Shown: one piece after another, positions 1-11,200 of the stretch
Layout of the letters: each line of letters starts with the position of its first letter
Position numbering within the stretch: the first letter of the stretch is position 1
Assembly: GCA_963662615.2 (NCBI GenBank)
Contig: CAXXSR010000002.1
Coordinates: forward strand, 576,001 to 640,000
Reading direction: 5' to 3'
Length of the DNA: 64,000 nucleotides
From: Dehalococcoidia bacterium
GTDB lineage: Bacteria; Chloroflexota; Dehalococcoidia; Bin125
Notes under the pieces: model-generated
Databases searched by the model: none
What the model saw: the letters and a program-made list of their open reading frames with translations, nothing else
Told to the model about the DNA's origin: nothing
Translations under genes and position numbers: made by a program

Positions 1-436
1 AGCGCCGGCTGGCCCCGGCCAGCAGCGCCGCCGCCTCTCCCTGGGTCAGCGCATACCCCTGCTGCCGGGGCCGCAGCTCCCCCAGACCCCGCGCTCCCGC
101 GGCCGCCACACGCCTCACCTCCGCGCAGACGTGCTCCGGGCCCGCTGCCGGCTGCACCATGCAGAACGGGATCAGGCGGCCACCGCTGTCCCGCGCGGCG
201 TCCAGGATGTAGTCGTTCGTGCGGCGCATCCGCTGGGGGTCGGACCAGGCGAGGTTGCAGATGACGGCGGCGTCCAACTCCGACTCGGCCACCACGCGCA
301 GGACGTCGTCGGCGCTGGCCAGCGCCGCCCGCGGGTCCGCGTAGATCTCGCCAAAGGCGGGCTCAATCTGCAGAAGCTCTTGGCGACGGGCAATGAGGTC
401 CGGCGGCACAACGTGCGTGTGCGCATCGATGATCAC
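1..436 (-). CDS. amidohydrolase_2 family metal-dependent hydrolase (runs off the left edge)
   Basis: Not in the ORF track. Read manually from GTG 436: MIIDAHTHVVPPDL...NDYILDAARDSGGRLIPFCMVQP...GARGLGELRP, with the IIDAHTH metal motif. Confidence 0.85.
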   Translation of the reverse strand, partial: MIIDAHTHVVPPDLIARRQELLQIEPAFGEIYADPRAALASADDVLRVVAESELDAAVICNLAWSDPQRMRRTNDYILDAARDSGGRLIPFCMVQPAAGPEHVCAEVRRVAAAGARGLGELRPRQQGYALTQGEAAALLAGASRR

Positions 437-463
437 CGCCGGAGCGTAGCACTCACGCATCGC

Positions 464-546
464 GCCCCCGCGCGCAGAGCTGTGGTGCCCCCGCGCGCGG
501 AGCTGTGGCGCCCCCGCGCGCGGAGCTGTGGTGCCCCTGCGCGCGG
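464..546. repeat. 23-bp tandem repeat, ~3.6 copies, in a divergent intergenic region
   Basis: Unit GCCCCCGCGCGCGGAGCTGTGGT at 464, 487, 510 and 533 (partial). Confidence 0.9.
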
Positions 547-652
547 CGCTTATGACGCTCGCAATTGCTGGCCGCCGTCGCCCTCCATATACTCGCCAGC
601 GGCGCCATCCTTTAGCATGCGAGACAATGAGATTGATTCGGTCGAGCGGGCT

Positions 653-1489
653 GTGACCACTACCGCGCCGTCCCTCGTGGAGTTCCAGGCGCTGACGCGG
701 CGCTGCCGCCGGCGGATCCTGGAGATGACGCACGCCGCCCAATCCGGACACCCTGGCGGCTCCCTTTCCTGTGTGGAGATCTTGACGGCGCTGTACTTCG
801 GCGACGTGCTCCGCTACGACCCCGCCCGCCCCGACTGGCCGGATCGTGACCGCTTCATTCTCAGTAAGGGCCACGCCACGCCCGTGTTCTACGCCATCCT
901 GGCGGAGGCCGGATATTTCAGCCCTGATCTGCTTCCCACGTTTCGCCAGTTTGACAGCCCTTTGCAGGGGCACGTGGTGATGGGCACCCCGCCCGGGGTG
1001 GAGATGAGCGCCGGTGCCCTGGGTCTGGGCCTCTCGTTCAGTAACGGCCTCGCCCTCGCCGCGCGTCTCAATGGCGCTAGGGGGCGCGTCTATTGCCTCC
1101 TGGGCGACGGCGAACTCAACGAGGGCCAAGTCTGGGAAGCGGCCATGGCCGCCGCCCACTTCGGCTTCGACCGCATCACCGCCATCGTCGACCGCAACGG
1201 CTTCCAGAACGACGGTCCCAGCGACGAGATCATGCGCCTGGACCCGCTCGCGGAGAAGTGGCGCGCGTTTGGCTGGCACGTCCTCGCCCTGGAGGACGGC
1301 CACGATCTGGAGGAACTCCTGGCTGCGTTCGCGGAGGCGCAGGCAGTCCCTGACGGGCCCCAGGTGATCATTGCGCCGACGATCAAGGGCAAGGGCGTTT
1401 CCTACATGGAGGCCAACCCGGCGGCCTGGCACGGCAAGGGCCCGTCGGATGAGCAGCTGGCCCAGGGGCTCGCGGAGCTCCAGGCATGA
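653..1489 (+). CDS. transketolase, N-terminal (TPP-binding) subunit
   Basis: Motifs SGHPGGSLS, DRFILSKGH and GDGELNEGQVWEA. Start is GTG 653 or ATG 617; the 131 start is a spurious extension. Confidence 0.93.
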   Translation: MTTTAPSLVEFQALTRRCRRRILEMTHAAQSGHPGGSLSCVEILTALYFGDVLRYDPARPDWPDRDRFILSKGHATPVFYAILAEAGYFSPDLLPTFRQFDSPLQGHVVMGTPPGVEMSAGALGLGLSFSNGLALAARLNGARGRVYCLLGDGELNEGQVWEAAMAAAHFGFDRITAIVDRNGFQNDGPSDEIMRLDPLAEKWRAFGWHVLALEDGHDLEELLAAFAEAQAVPDGPQVIIAPTIKGKGVSYMEANPAAWHGKGPSDEQLAQGLAELQA

Positions 1490-2445
1490 CGGCGCCTCCC
1501 CCCGTGCGCACCGCCGCCACGCGTGAGGCCTATGCGCCCACCCTGATCAAGCTCGCCCGCGCGGGCCACGACATCGTGGCGCTGGAGGCCGACCTCTCCG
1601 CCTCCACCGGCGGCAACAAGCTGGCCGCGGAGTTCCCTGAGCGCTGGTACACCGTGGGCGTCGCCGAGGCCAACATGATCGGCATGGGCGCCGGCCTCGC
1701 GGCCGCCGGCAAAACGGTCTTCTGCGCCTCCTTCGCCGTCTTCGTGCCCGGCCACTGCTTCGACCAGATCCGCGTCAGCATCGCCCAGCCGCACCTCAAC
1801 GTGAAGCTCTTGGCCAGCCACGGGGGCATCAGCGTGGGCGAGGACGGCGCCTCCGCCCAGGCCCTGGAGGACCTCTCCCTGGTCACGGCGCTGCCCGGCT
1901 TCACGGTCGTCGTCCCCGCCGACGTCGTCGAAGCGGAGAAGGCGATCTGGGCCGCCGGCACCACCGAGGGGCCCTTCTACATCCGGGTCGGCCGCCCCAA
2001 GCTGCCGGTCCTCTACGACGACGATTACGATTTCCAGCTGGGCAACGCCTTCCTCCACCGCGAAGGGACCGACGTCACCGTGATCGCCTGCGGGCTGCTC
2101 GTGCAGGCCGCGGCCGATGCCGCCGAACACCTCGCCGGCGAGGGGATCTCCGTGCGCGTCCTCAACATGGCCACCGTCAAACCGCTGGATGAGGACGCCG
2201 TCGTCCGCGCCGCCCGCGAGACCGGCGCCATTGTGACGGCGGAGGAGCACAACGTCATTGGCGGCCTGGGCGCCGCCGTGGCGCGCTGCCTGGCGCTGAA
2301 TGCGCCCGTGCCCATGGAGCAGGTGGGCGTGTGGGACCGCTTCGGGGAGTCCGGCAAGTGGACGCAACTGATCGAGCACTTCGGCCTCAACGCGGCCGGC
2401 ATTGAGCGGGCCCTGCACCGGGTCCTCCAGCGCAAAGTCCTCTAG
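1486..2445 (+). CDS. transketolase, C-terminal (pyrimidine-binding) subunit
   Basis: Motifs GVAEANM, GEDGASAQ and TAEEHNVIGGLG. ATGA overlap with the upstream subunit. Confidence 0.93.
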   Translation: MTAPPPVRTAATREAYAPTLIKLARAGHDIVALEADLSASTGGNKLAAEFPERWYTVGVAEANMIGMGAGLAAAGKTVFCASFAVFVPGHCFDQIRVSIAQPHLNVKLLASHGGISVGEDGASAQALEDLSLVTALPGFTVVVPADVVEAEKAIWAAGTTEGPFYIRVGRPKLPVLYDDDYDFQLGNAFLHREGTDVTVIACGLLVQAAADAAEHLAGEGISVRVLNMATVKPLDEDAVVRAARETGAIVTAEEHNVIGGLGAAVARCLALNAPVPMEQVGVWDRFGESGKWTQLIEHFGLNAAGIERALHRVLQRKVL

Positions 2446-2475
2446 CGCAAGCAGCGCGACGGCGAGGCGCCGCCG

Positions 2476-3194
2476 CTACAGTCCTAGCAGCGCTCGCAAC
2501 TCTGAGAGCGCCCGGATGCGGGCGGTCGGTTGCGTCTTCGCGCGCGGCGGCGGACCGACGTCGTCGCCGTCGAGCCAGATCGTCGCCATCCCCGCCGCCG
2601 CCGCCCCCTCCACGTCCAGCGGGTAGCTGTTGCCTACGTAGACGCTCTCCTCCGGCGCCACGGCCAGCGTCTCCAGCGCGCCGGTGAAGATGGCCGCACC
2701 TCCACTCGCTCCGGCTTGGCGACGCCCAGATCGCCCGAGATCGCGATGGCGCCAAAAAATCGCTCCAAGTTGCAACGGCGCAGCTTCTCGCGTTGCACCG
2801 CCGAATCGCCGTTGGTCACTAGCCCCAGCGGCAGCTGCGGTTGCAACGCCTCGAGCGTCGCCTGCGCGTCGGGCAGCAACTCCAGGCAGTCCAGCCGCGC
2901 CTGGCGCGCCGCGGGCTCCAGTTCGGGGGCGAGACGGTCCGGCGCCCCCACCCGCTCCAGCGTGCGGCGAATGGATTCCAGCGGCGTCAGCCAGGTAGGC
3001 CAGGCGCCTCCGCTGGCGGCCCGCGCCTCCGCGATGTTCGCCCGCGCCGCCGCCAGGTACGCCCCGTCCGAGACCGCGAAGCCGCGCTCCCGCAGGGCGC
3101 AGGCCACCGCTCGCACCGCCTCCTCAAAGCCCACGTCCTCCCGGATCAGCGTCCCGTCCAGGTCGAAGATCACGGCGCGGTAGGGCAGGGGCAT
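2476..3194 (-). pseudogene. HAD-superfamily hydrolase, frameshifted near 2700
   Basis: FDLDGTL, VTNG and GVAKP lie in the 2634..3194 frame. The remainder (IF...YVGNSYPLDVEGA) lies in the 2476..2775 frame. Confidence 0.8.
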
Positions 3195-3203
3195 GGCGGG
3201 CGG

Positions 3204-3758
3204 CTAGGAACTCAGGTCGTCGCTGCGAAGGGACTCTTCGCGTGCCGCCAGAGCCTTGAGCCGACCGACGTCGCCTTCCGCCGCCTCCAGCTCCACGGCC
3301 AGCTCGGCCAGGTTCTCGTGAATGCCCGCCTCGGCCTCCTCCAGTTCATCCTGGTAGATCTCAAAGGGCCAGACGGGCCAGTCATCCAACTCCAGCGGCT
3401 GCTCCGCCGACGGTCCCTGCGGATGCTCGGAATCCGCTTCGTGATCCGGGATATACGACCGCAGCGCCCGCGCCGTGAACTCCAGGCCGTCCTCGCGGGT
3501 CACCACTTTCGTGAGCGCGTAGCCAATCCAGGCCAGGCAACCGCAGGCGACCCGAAAGGAGATGGCGAAGCGCCGTTGCCGCAGCGCTTCCCCGCGGATG
3601 AAGTCATGGAACTCCCCCATCTCCTCCGCCGGCAGCACCTCCGCCACCCGGCCGTTGAAGAGGAGATTGAGCGTGTCCTCCAGTTCGGGCGCGCCCTCTT
3701 CGCGCTCCCGGCTGCCCAGCTCCGCGAACGGCGGCTCCTCGATCGGGGAAGGTGCCAT
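3204..3758 (-). CDS. hypothetical acidic protein
   Basis: Fills the gap between proA and the HAD gene on the same strand, with typical codon usage. ATG 3758 chosen. Confidence 0.65.
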   Translation of the reverse strand: MAPSPIEEPPFAELGSREREEGAPELEDTLNLLFNGRVAEVLPAEEMGEFHDFIRGEALRQRRFAISFRVACGCLAWIGYALTKVVTREDGLEFTARALRSYIPDHEADSEHPQGPSAEQPLELDDWPVWPFEIYQDELEEAEAGIHENLAELAVELEAAEGDVGRLKALAAREESLRSDDLSS

Positions 3759-3813
3759 GATCGTTCCTACGTCGCGCGCGGCCCCACGGCTGCATCGGCC
3801 CAAGTCTAGACCG

Positions 3814-5100
3814 CTAGGGCGGGCGAGTGTGCCCGTCGCCGCGGATCACCCACTTGTAGGCGGTCATCTCCCGCAGCCCCATGGGCCCTCGCGCGTGCAG
3901 TTTGCCGGTGCTGATCCCGACCTCCGCGCCCAGGCCGTATTCGCCGCCGTCGGTGAATTGCGTGGACGCGTTCACGTAGACGGCGGCGGCGTCCACCTCG
4001 CGCAGGAAACGCTCGGCCAGCGCATAGTCGTTCGTGATGATCGCCTCGGAGTGCCCGGAGCCGTGCCGCGCAATGTGTTCCAGCGCCTCGTCCGCGCTGC
4101 CCACCAGCCGCACCGCGGCGATGGGGGCCAGAAACTCGGTGTCGAAGTCCGCCGGGCCCGCGGGCACGGCCGCCGCTCCCGCCTCCTCCAGGATCGGGAG
4201 CGCCTCGGCGTCGGCCCGAAGCTCCACGCCCGCCTCCCGCCAGCGCGCCGCCAGGTCCTGCAGGAACGGCCGCGCCACATCCCGATGCACAATCACCACG
4301 TCCAAGGCGTTGCAGATGGAGACGCGACGCGTCTTGGCGTTATCCACCACCTCCAGCGCCATCGCCAGAACCGCCGCCCGGTCCACGTACGTGTGACAGA
4401 TGCCAATGCCGCCCGCGACCACCGGCATCGCCGCCTCGTCGCGCACCCGCTCGATCAGCGCCCTGCCCCCGCGCGGCACCATCAGGTCGATCAGGTCCTG
4501 CAGCCGCAGCAGCTCGCCCACGCGGGCGCGGTCCATGTCGGTGATCAACTGCACCGCGGCCGCCGGCAGTCCCGCCTCCTGGAGCCCGTCGTGGAGCACG
4601 TCCGCCAGGATGACGTTGCTGCGCAGCGCTTCCCGGCCCCCGCGCAGCACGCAGGCGTTGCCGCTCTTGAGACAGAGCGTGGCGATGTCGATCGTGACGT
4701 TGGGGCGGTTCTCATAGATCGAGGCGATCACGCCCAGCGGCACCCGCACCCGACCGACAACGAGCCCGTTGGGCAGCGTGCGCCGGTCAATGGTCTCGCC
4801 TACCGGGTCGGGCAGCCGCACGATCTCCCGCACCGACGCCGCCAGCGCCTCCACGCGCTCCGGCGTCAACCGGATCCGGTCCAGGATCGAAGGGTCGCTC
4901 CCGCCCGCGACCGCCGCCGCCACGTCCTCGCCGTTGGCCGCAACGACCTCGTCGCGCCGGCTCAGCAGGCCGCGCGCGACGTGCTCCAAGGCGGCGTCCT
5001 TTTGCCCGCCGTTGGCCCTGGCCAGGACGAGGCTGGCGGCGCGGGCAGCCTCCGCTTGCTCCCGGACCGTCTCCGTCGCGCTGCTCGCGGTGGCGGTCAT
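3814..5100 (-). CDS. proA: gamma-glutamyl phosphate reductase
   Basis: Motifs VPLGVIASIYENRPNVT, ICNALD, HGSGHSEAI and GAEVGISTGKLHARGPMGL. Confidence 0.97.
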   Translation of the reverse strand: MTATASSATETVREQAEAARAASLVLARANGGQKDAALEHVARGLLSRRDEVVAANGEDVAAAVAGGSDPSILDRIRLTPERVEALAASVREIVRLPDPVGETIDRRTLPNGLVVGRVRVPLGVIASIYENRPNVTIDIATLCLKSGNACVLRGGREALRSNVILADVLHDGLQEAGLPAAAVQLITDMDRARVGELLRLQDLIDLMVPRGGRALIERVRDEAAMPVVAGGIGICHTYVDRAAVLAMALEVVDNAKTRRVSICNALDVVIVHRDVARPFLQDLAARWREAGVELRADAEALPILEEAGAAAVPAGPADFDTEFLAPIAAVRLVGSADEALEHIARHGSGHSEAIITNDYALAERFLREVDAAAVYVNASTQFTDGGEYGLGAEVGISTGKLHARGPMGLREMTAYKWVIRGDGHTRPP

Positions 5101-5185
5101 GATCGCTCCACGGGCGTGAACTCGCCGTCCCCTGCCCGAGTCGAATTCACGTGCCCGCTCAGTCTACCGGAGCGACCCCGGTGGC

Positions 5186-6313
5186 TCACAGGAGCGCGAG
5201 ATTGTTGCGGTGAATCACCTCGACCCCGTACACGTAGCCCAGGATCACTTCGATGCGGTCGGATCGCTGTCCGCGGATCCGCTCGATATCGGCGGCGTCG
5301 TAGTTGCTCAGCCCCACGGCGACTTGGCCCCCTTCGCCGTCACGCACCTCCACCACGTCGCCGCGCGCGAAACCACCGCTCACACCCACGATGCCCGCAG
5401 CCAGCAGGCTGCGGCCGTTCCGTCGCAGCGCTCCCACCGCCCCGTCATCGACGACGATCCGCCCCGCCGAGGCCAGGCCGGAGAGCAGCCAGCGCTTGCG
5501 GCTCTCCATCCAGTTGGCGCGCGCCGGGAAGCGGGTGCCCAGCGTCTCCCCCTCGGCAAGCCGCAGCAGCGCGTCCCGCTCCTGCCCGTCGGCGATTACC
5601 ACGGTGGCTCCGGAGCCGGCCGCCAGCAGCGCCGCCTCCACCTTGGCATGCATGCCGCCGCGACCGTACTCGTCCGGAGGCCCGCCGGATCCGGCCGTCG
5701 GCGCGGCCGCGGAAACCTCCGGGATCAGCTTGGCATCCGCGAAGGTCCGCGGATCACGGTCGTAGAGGCCTGCGACGTCCGACAGCAGGACCAGCAAGTC
5801 GGCGTCCAGCAGGTTGGCCACCAGCGCCGAGAGGCTGTCGTTCTCACCAAAGACGCCGCCGCGCAGCTCCTCGTCGGCGACGACGTCGTTCTCGTTGATG
5901 ACCGGCACCACGCCCGCCCGCAGCAGCTCGACCAGTGTGTTGCGCGCATTGAGGTAGCCGGCGCGGTCGGCCAGGTCCGCCTGCGTCAACAGCGCCTGCG
6001 CCGCGATCAGTCCGTGGGCGCGCAGGAGGGAGTCGTAGCGCTCCATCAAGTGGCTCTGGCCGATGGCCGCGAGCACCTGCCGCTGCTCAATATTGCTCTG
6101 CTTTGGGGTGGGACCCAGGCGGTCCCGCCCCGCCGCGACGGCGCCGCTGGTCACCACCGCGACCCCTGCCCCGGCCTTCACCAGCGTCGCGACCTGGCGG
6201 ACCAGGTCCGCCATCACTTCTGCGTCGAGCCGCGTCCCGCCGCCGGTGAGCAGCTTCGTGCCGAACTTGACCACGATGCGCCGCCCTTGCAAGGAACCGG
6301 CGCCGTTCGTCAT
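5186..6313 (-). CDS. proB: glutamate 5-kinase with PUA domain
   Basis: Motifs RIVVKFGT, VPVINENDVV, GGMHAKV and C-terminal VIHRNNL. Adjacent to proA. Confidence 0.97.
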   Translation of the reverse strand: MTNGAGSLQGRRIVVKFGTKLLTGGGTRLDAEVMADLVRQVATLVKAGAGVAVVTSGAVAAGRDRLGPTPKQSNIEQRQVLAAIGQSHLMERYDSLLRAHGLIAAQALLTQADLADRAGYLNARNTLVELLRAGVVPVINENDVVADEELRGGVFGENDSLSALVANLLDADLLVLLSDVAGLYDRDPRTFADAKLIPEVSAAAPTAGSGGPPDEYGRGGMHAKVEAALLAAGSGATVVIADGQERDALLRLAEGETLGTRFPARANWMESRKRWLLSGLASAGRIVVDDGAVGALRRNGRSLLAAGIVGVSGGFARGDVVEVRDGEGGQVAVGLSNYDAADIERIRGQRSDRIEVILGYVYGVEVIHRNNLALL

Positions 6314-6480
6314 TGCACCCCTCCGCGTTGCCTGGAACCGCGCCCCCACTCTAGGCCAAGAGACGGACCGTCCGACAGCATGGAGCTGCGATACGCGGGC
6401 GGAGGATCTGCCGGCGCTCCCCCCGCCGCGATCGGCACCTCGGAGAAGCCTCCTCTCGGGCGGGGGCGCATAATGGAAGC

Positions 6481-7742
6481 GTGAAGCTCGACCCGTACTA
6501 CTGGCGCCACTGGTGGGCTGTCCATCTGCGCTGGTGGGCGGGCGACGCCAAGCTCCTCTTCCGTCGCACCTTCAGCGAATTCTCGGACGACCACTGCACG
6601 CAGCTGGCCGCCGGCATCTCCTACTACGTCCTCTTCTCAATTTTTCCGCTCGCCATCCTCGTCGTCTCCATCAGCGGCCTCATCCTCACCAATGACGACC
6701 TGCGCCGCGACGTGGTCGGCGAGCTGTTCGAGATCTTGCCCCTCGACGCCGAGGGCGAGGGTGATCTGGAAGATGCCATCGACAGCGTGGCGACGCCGTT
6801 CTCGGTCATCGGCCTGATCGGCATCCTGGGCTTGCTCTGGTCCGCCTCGGGCATGATGGGCGCCCTGCGCCAGGCCCTCAATCAGGCCTGGGATCTTGAC
6901 TACCGTCGCCCGTTCCTGCGCGGCAAGTCGGTGGACCTGATCATGGTCCTGAGCATGGGCTTCCTCTTGGCCCTGTCGATTGGCTCCACGATCTTCCTGC
7001 AGGTCGCGCGCCGCGTCAGCGACGACCTCTCGGACCTCCTCGGCCCCGTTGGCGCCGGCGCGACGCTCAGCTTCGAGGTGGTTGCGGTCCTCGTGCCGCT
7101 CACGTTCTCCTTCGCCACCTTCATGTTCATCTTCAAGTTCGTGCCCAGCGTCAAGACCCGCTTTGTCTACATCTGGCCCGGCGCGCTCCTGTCGGCGGTG
7201 CTCTTCGAGATCGTCAAGAACAGCTTCGCGTTTTATCTGCGTAACTTCGGCAACTTCGACGCCATCTACGGCTCCCTGGGGGCGCTGATCGCTTTCCTCT
7301 TCTTCGTCTTCATCAGCGCGAACATCATGCTCTTGGGGGCGGAGATGGCGGCCGAATGGCCCCGCGTCATCCACGGCCACTACGACGAGGATCTGGCCCG
7401 GCCCGGCCGCGCCGGCTCACGACGGCAGCGGCTGCGGGCGTCGCTCCGCGCCCTGATCCACCACGAGGAGGAAGCGCCCGAGCATATTGACGACACGTCC
7501 GCCGGCGAGTCCCGCCGCCAGCGGAAGACCGATGAGTTCGAGCGGCGCCTGCGCGAGCGTCCATCCCCGCGGGCGGAATCCGACGCGTCACCGGACAGTG
7601 CGCCCCCGGACAGTGCGCCCCCGGACACAGTGCGCCCCCGGACAACGTGCCCCCGGACAACGTGCCCCCGGACAGTGCACCCCCAGACAACGCGTCCCCT
7701 GAAACGTCGGCGGAACCGGCCTCGCGGGATCCCCCCGGTTGA
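6481..7742 (+). CDS. YihY/BrkB (virulence factor) family membrane protein; tail frameshifted inside a 15-bp repeat
   Basis: Motifs AAGISYYVLFSIFP and IYGSLGALIAFLFF. Removing 2 extra nt in repeat copy 3 gives a stop at 7740-7742; as sequenced the ORF runs to 8688. Confidence 0.85.
7591..7697 (+). repeat. coding 15-bp tandem repeat (PDSAP/PDNVP) x7
   Basis: CCGGACAGTGCGCCC units. The copy at 7621 is 17 nt (extra AC). Confidence 0.9.
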
Positions 7743-7770
7743 CCGCTCGGCGCCGTCTTGGCGGCCGGCG

Positions 7771-8130
7771 CTAGCCCTCTTCCGACTTGACCAGACCGAC
7801 GACGTGCCCCTCCGGATCGCTGAAGATGGCGATGGTCGGCCCGCCCGGGATCTCCATGGCCGGCATCAGCGTCCTGCCGCCCAGCTCCCCCACCTGCTGC
7901 AGCGTAGCCTCGGGGTCGTCCACTTCCACATAGATCGTCACCCACTGCTGCTCGCCGCTCTCCGGCTGGCCAATGCCGCCGTCGATGCCGCGCCCCGCGT
8001 TCGTATGGACCATCCGGTAGTTCATCTGCTCCAGATGTTCCAGCTCCCAGTCGAAGAGCTGCCCGTAAAACGATGCCAGCGCTTCCCCGTCGCGGCCGTT
8101 GATCTCGAAATGCACCACCGGCTGGCCCAT
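7771..8130 (-). CDS. VOC/glyoxalase family protein
   Basis: Sequence PVVHFEI...FYGQLFDW...GIDGGI...FSDPEGHVVGL. Confidence 0.92.
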   Translation of the reverse strand: MGQPVVHFEINGRDGEALASFYGQLFDWELEHLEQMNYRMVHTNAGRGIDGGIGQPESGEQQWVTIYVEVDDPEATLQQVGELGGRTLMPAMEIPGGPTIAIFSDPEGHVVGLVKSEEG

Positions 8131-8217
8131 GATCTCTCCCTCGCTGATCGCTCCACGCCGATCGCCGGCGCGGACCGGGCGAGAATAGCGGATCGGGCTA
8201 GTGCGATCGCGAGCGGC

Positions 8218-11200
8218 TTAGACCCTGCGCACGCCCAGGGTCACGGTTTCGCCGTGAATCGTTTCCTTGGAAAGGGTGGCGCCGCCCGTTTTCGCGTCCT
8301 CCGTCGCCAGGATCTCCGAGCGCACGGCCAGGGTCTCGGCCTCCACGTAATCGCGGTGCGCCAAGACCGCCTCAATCACGCGCGGCGCGCTCTCGCCGAT
8401 GATGAACAGGTCGATGCGGTCCGCGATCTCGAACCCTGCCTCGCGACGGAGCGACTGGATGCGGTGCACGACTTCGCGCGCCGCGCCTTCGCGTCGCAGT
8501 TCCGGGCTGATCTCCGTGCTCACGGCCACGGTGTAGGGGCCGTCGTGCGCCGTCGCCGCGCCCGCCCGCTCGCGCAGCTCGACCAGCACGTCATCCGGCG
8601 CCAGCCTGAAGCCCTCGATCTCAATCGATTCCCCGGCCGCCACCGCTGCGGCCACGCGGGTCGCGCCCTCCCCGCTGAGCGACCGTAGCGCGCCGCCCAG
8701 CCGCCCCACGTCCCTGCCCAGCCGCGGTCCCAGGCGGGGCAAATTGGGTCTCAGCACCGTCTCCACCAGCCCCGCCGACGCTTCCACCACGTTCAAGCGC
8801 TTCACGTTCAGTTCGTCCAGCAACATCCATTCGTAGCGGCGGACGGTCGCCTCCTCGTCCGGGTCGCGCAGCGCCACAAGCATCTCCGCCAGCGGTTGGC
8901 GCACCTTCAGGCCGGCCTTGCTGCGCGCCGCCCGTCCCAGCGACGCCAGCCGCTGCACCAGCCGCATCTCCTCGTTCCGATCCCGGTCGATCAGGGCCGC
9001 GTTCGCCTCCGGCCACGCCGCCAGATGCACCGACTCGGGCGCATCTTCGTCCATCTGGACCACCAGGTTGCGGTAGATCTCCTCCGCCACATAGGGCGTG
9101 AACGGCGCCAAGAGCTTGGCCAGCGTCGCCAAGCACTCGTAGAGCGTGTGGTACGCCGCCGCCTTGTCGGCATCGTCCTCCGACTTCCAGTAGCGACGGC
9201 GGCTGCGGCGCACGTACCAGTTGCTCAGCTCCTCCACGAACTGCTCAATGGCTCGGGCCGCGCTGGTCGGGTCGTAGCCGTCCAACGCCGTCGTTACGGT
9301 GTTGATGAGGCTGTGGAGCGCGCTCAGGATCCATCGATCCAGGTCGGACGCCGCCGCGCCCGCTTCACCCGGGCCGCGCACCGCGGGAGCCGGAGCCGCC
9401 GCCGGAGCCGCCGCCGGAGCCGCCGCCGGAGCCACAGCCGGATCGAAGCTGTCGATCACGGCGTACGTGACGAAAAAGGAGTAGGTGTTCCACAGTGTCA
9501 GCAGGAACTTTCGCTGCGCCTCGCCCACCAGCTTCGAGCTGAAGCGACGCGGATTGCCGGGCGGGGCCGCCGTGTACATGTACCAGCGCAGCGCGTCCGC
9601 GCCGCGCTCGTCCAGCACCTCCCACGGGTCCACGACGTTCCCGCGCGACTTGCTCATCTTCTCGCCACCCTGGTCCAGGATGTGGCCCAGCGAGAGGACG
9701 TTGCGGTACGCGATCGGCGCCGGCGCCTCTCCGGCCTCGTGCAGCAGCGTCGCTTCGGCGTGGAGGGAGTAGAACCAGCCCCGCGTCTGGTCCACCGCCT
9801 CGCAGATGAAGTCCGCCGGGAACTGCTCCCGGAACGCCGCCTGGTTCTCGAACGGGTAGTGCCACTGGGCGTACGGCATTGCGCCGCTGTCGAACCAGGC
9901 GTCGACGACCTCCGGCACCCGTCGCATGGTCCCGTCGCACTCGCGACACGCGATCGTGATCGCGTCCACGGCCGGCCGGTGCGGGTCCGAGAGGTCAACG
10001 CTGTCGCCGTCGCGGGCGCGCTCCTTCAACTCCGCAAAGGAGCCCACCGCGACGGTGTCCCGGCACTGCTCGCAGCGCCAGAACGGCAGCGGCGTGCCCC
10101 AGTAGCGCTCGCGGCTGATCGCCCAATCCACGTTGTTGGCCAGCCAGTCGCCGTAACGCCCGTCACGGATGTGCTCGGGGTACCAGTGCATCAGCTCCCG
10201 ATTGCCACGAGTGAGCGACTCGCCCACCCGTGTCGTGGCGACGTACCAGGACGGCTTGGCGTAGTAGAGCAGCGGCGTCTCGCAGCGCCAGCAGAACGGG
10301 TAGGTGTGACGAATGACCGTCTGCCTCAAGAGCAGGCCGCGCTCTTTCAGGTCCGCGATGATTGCCACGTCGGCGTCCTTCACAAACAGCCCCGCAAACG
10401 GCGACGTCGCCCCGCTGACCCGCCCCTTGAGATCGACGGGCTGTATGAAGAGGAGATCCTCCGCGCGGCCCAGGAGGTGGTCGTCCTCGCCGAACGCCGG
10501 CGCGATGTGGACGATGCCCGTCCCCTCCTCCATCGAGACGAAGTCGGCCGTCAGCACCCGCCGTCGGGGGACGGGGCCGCGGGCCGCATCCCACTCCTGC
10601 AAGCGCCCATCTTCGAAGTGGAGGACCGGCACGCCCCACTCGCCCGGCTCGTAGAGCCCCCCCACGGTGACGCCCACCAGTTCGCTCCCCCGCAGGCGCG
10701 CCACCGGCGTCGGCGTCTCGTCAAGCAGGCCGGCGAACGTCGGCGTCAGCAGCCGCTCCGCCAGCAGCAGCCGCTCGCCCTCCTTCCCCTCCACCGCCAC
10801 GTACGTCTCCGCCGCCGCCACGGCCAGCGCCGTGTTGCCCGGCAGCGTCCACGGCGTCGTCGTCCAGGCCAGCAGGTACGTCGCGCCGTCGAAGTCGCGC
10901 AACGGGGCCGGCAGCGACTCGCGGTCGGCGGGAAACTTGACGTAGACACTGGGGTCGGGCGTGTCCTCGCGATACCCCTGCGCCACTTCGTGACTGGAGA
11001 GCGACGTCTCGCATCGCGGGCAGTGCGGCGCGGTCCGGCGCGCTTCGTAAATCAGCCCCCGGTCCCACAACGTCTTCAGGATCCACCAGCACGACTCCAC
11101 GTAGTCGGGCTCGTAGGTGATGTAGGGATCATCCATGTCCACCCAGAACGCGATCCGCTCCGTCATGTCCACCCACTGCCCCACGTAGCGCATGACGGAC

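Noticed and set aside
3562-5898. Long ORF (778 aa), and similar long ORFs at 8896..11613, 38500..40191, 40263..42242, 50597..52363 and 55596..57050
   Set aside because: These are antisense shadows of well-supported genes, expected at this GC content.
6481-8688. 735-aa YihY fusion protein
   Set aside because: The extension arises from a 2-nt slip in a repeat and overlaps two genes antisense.
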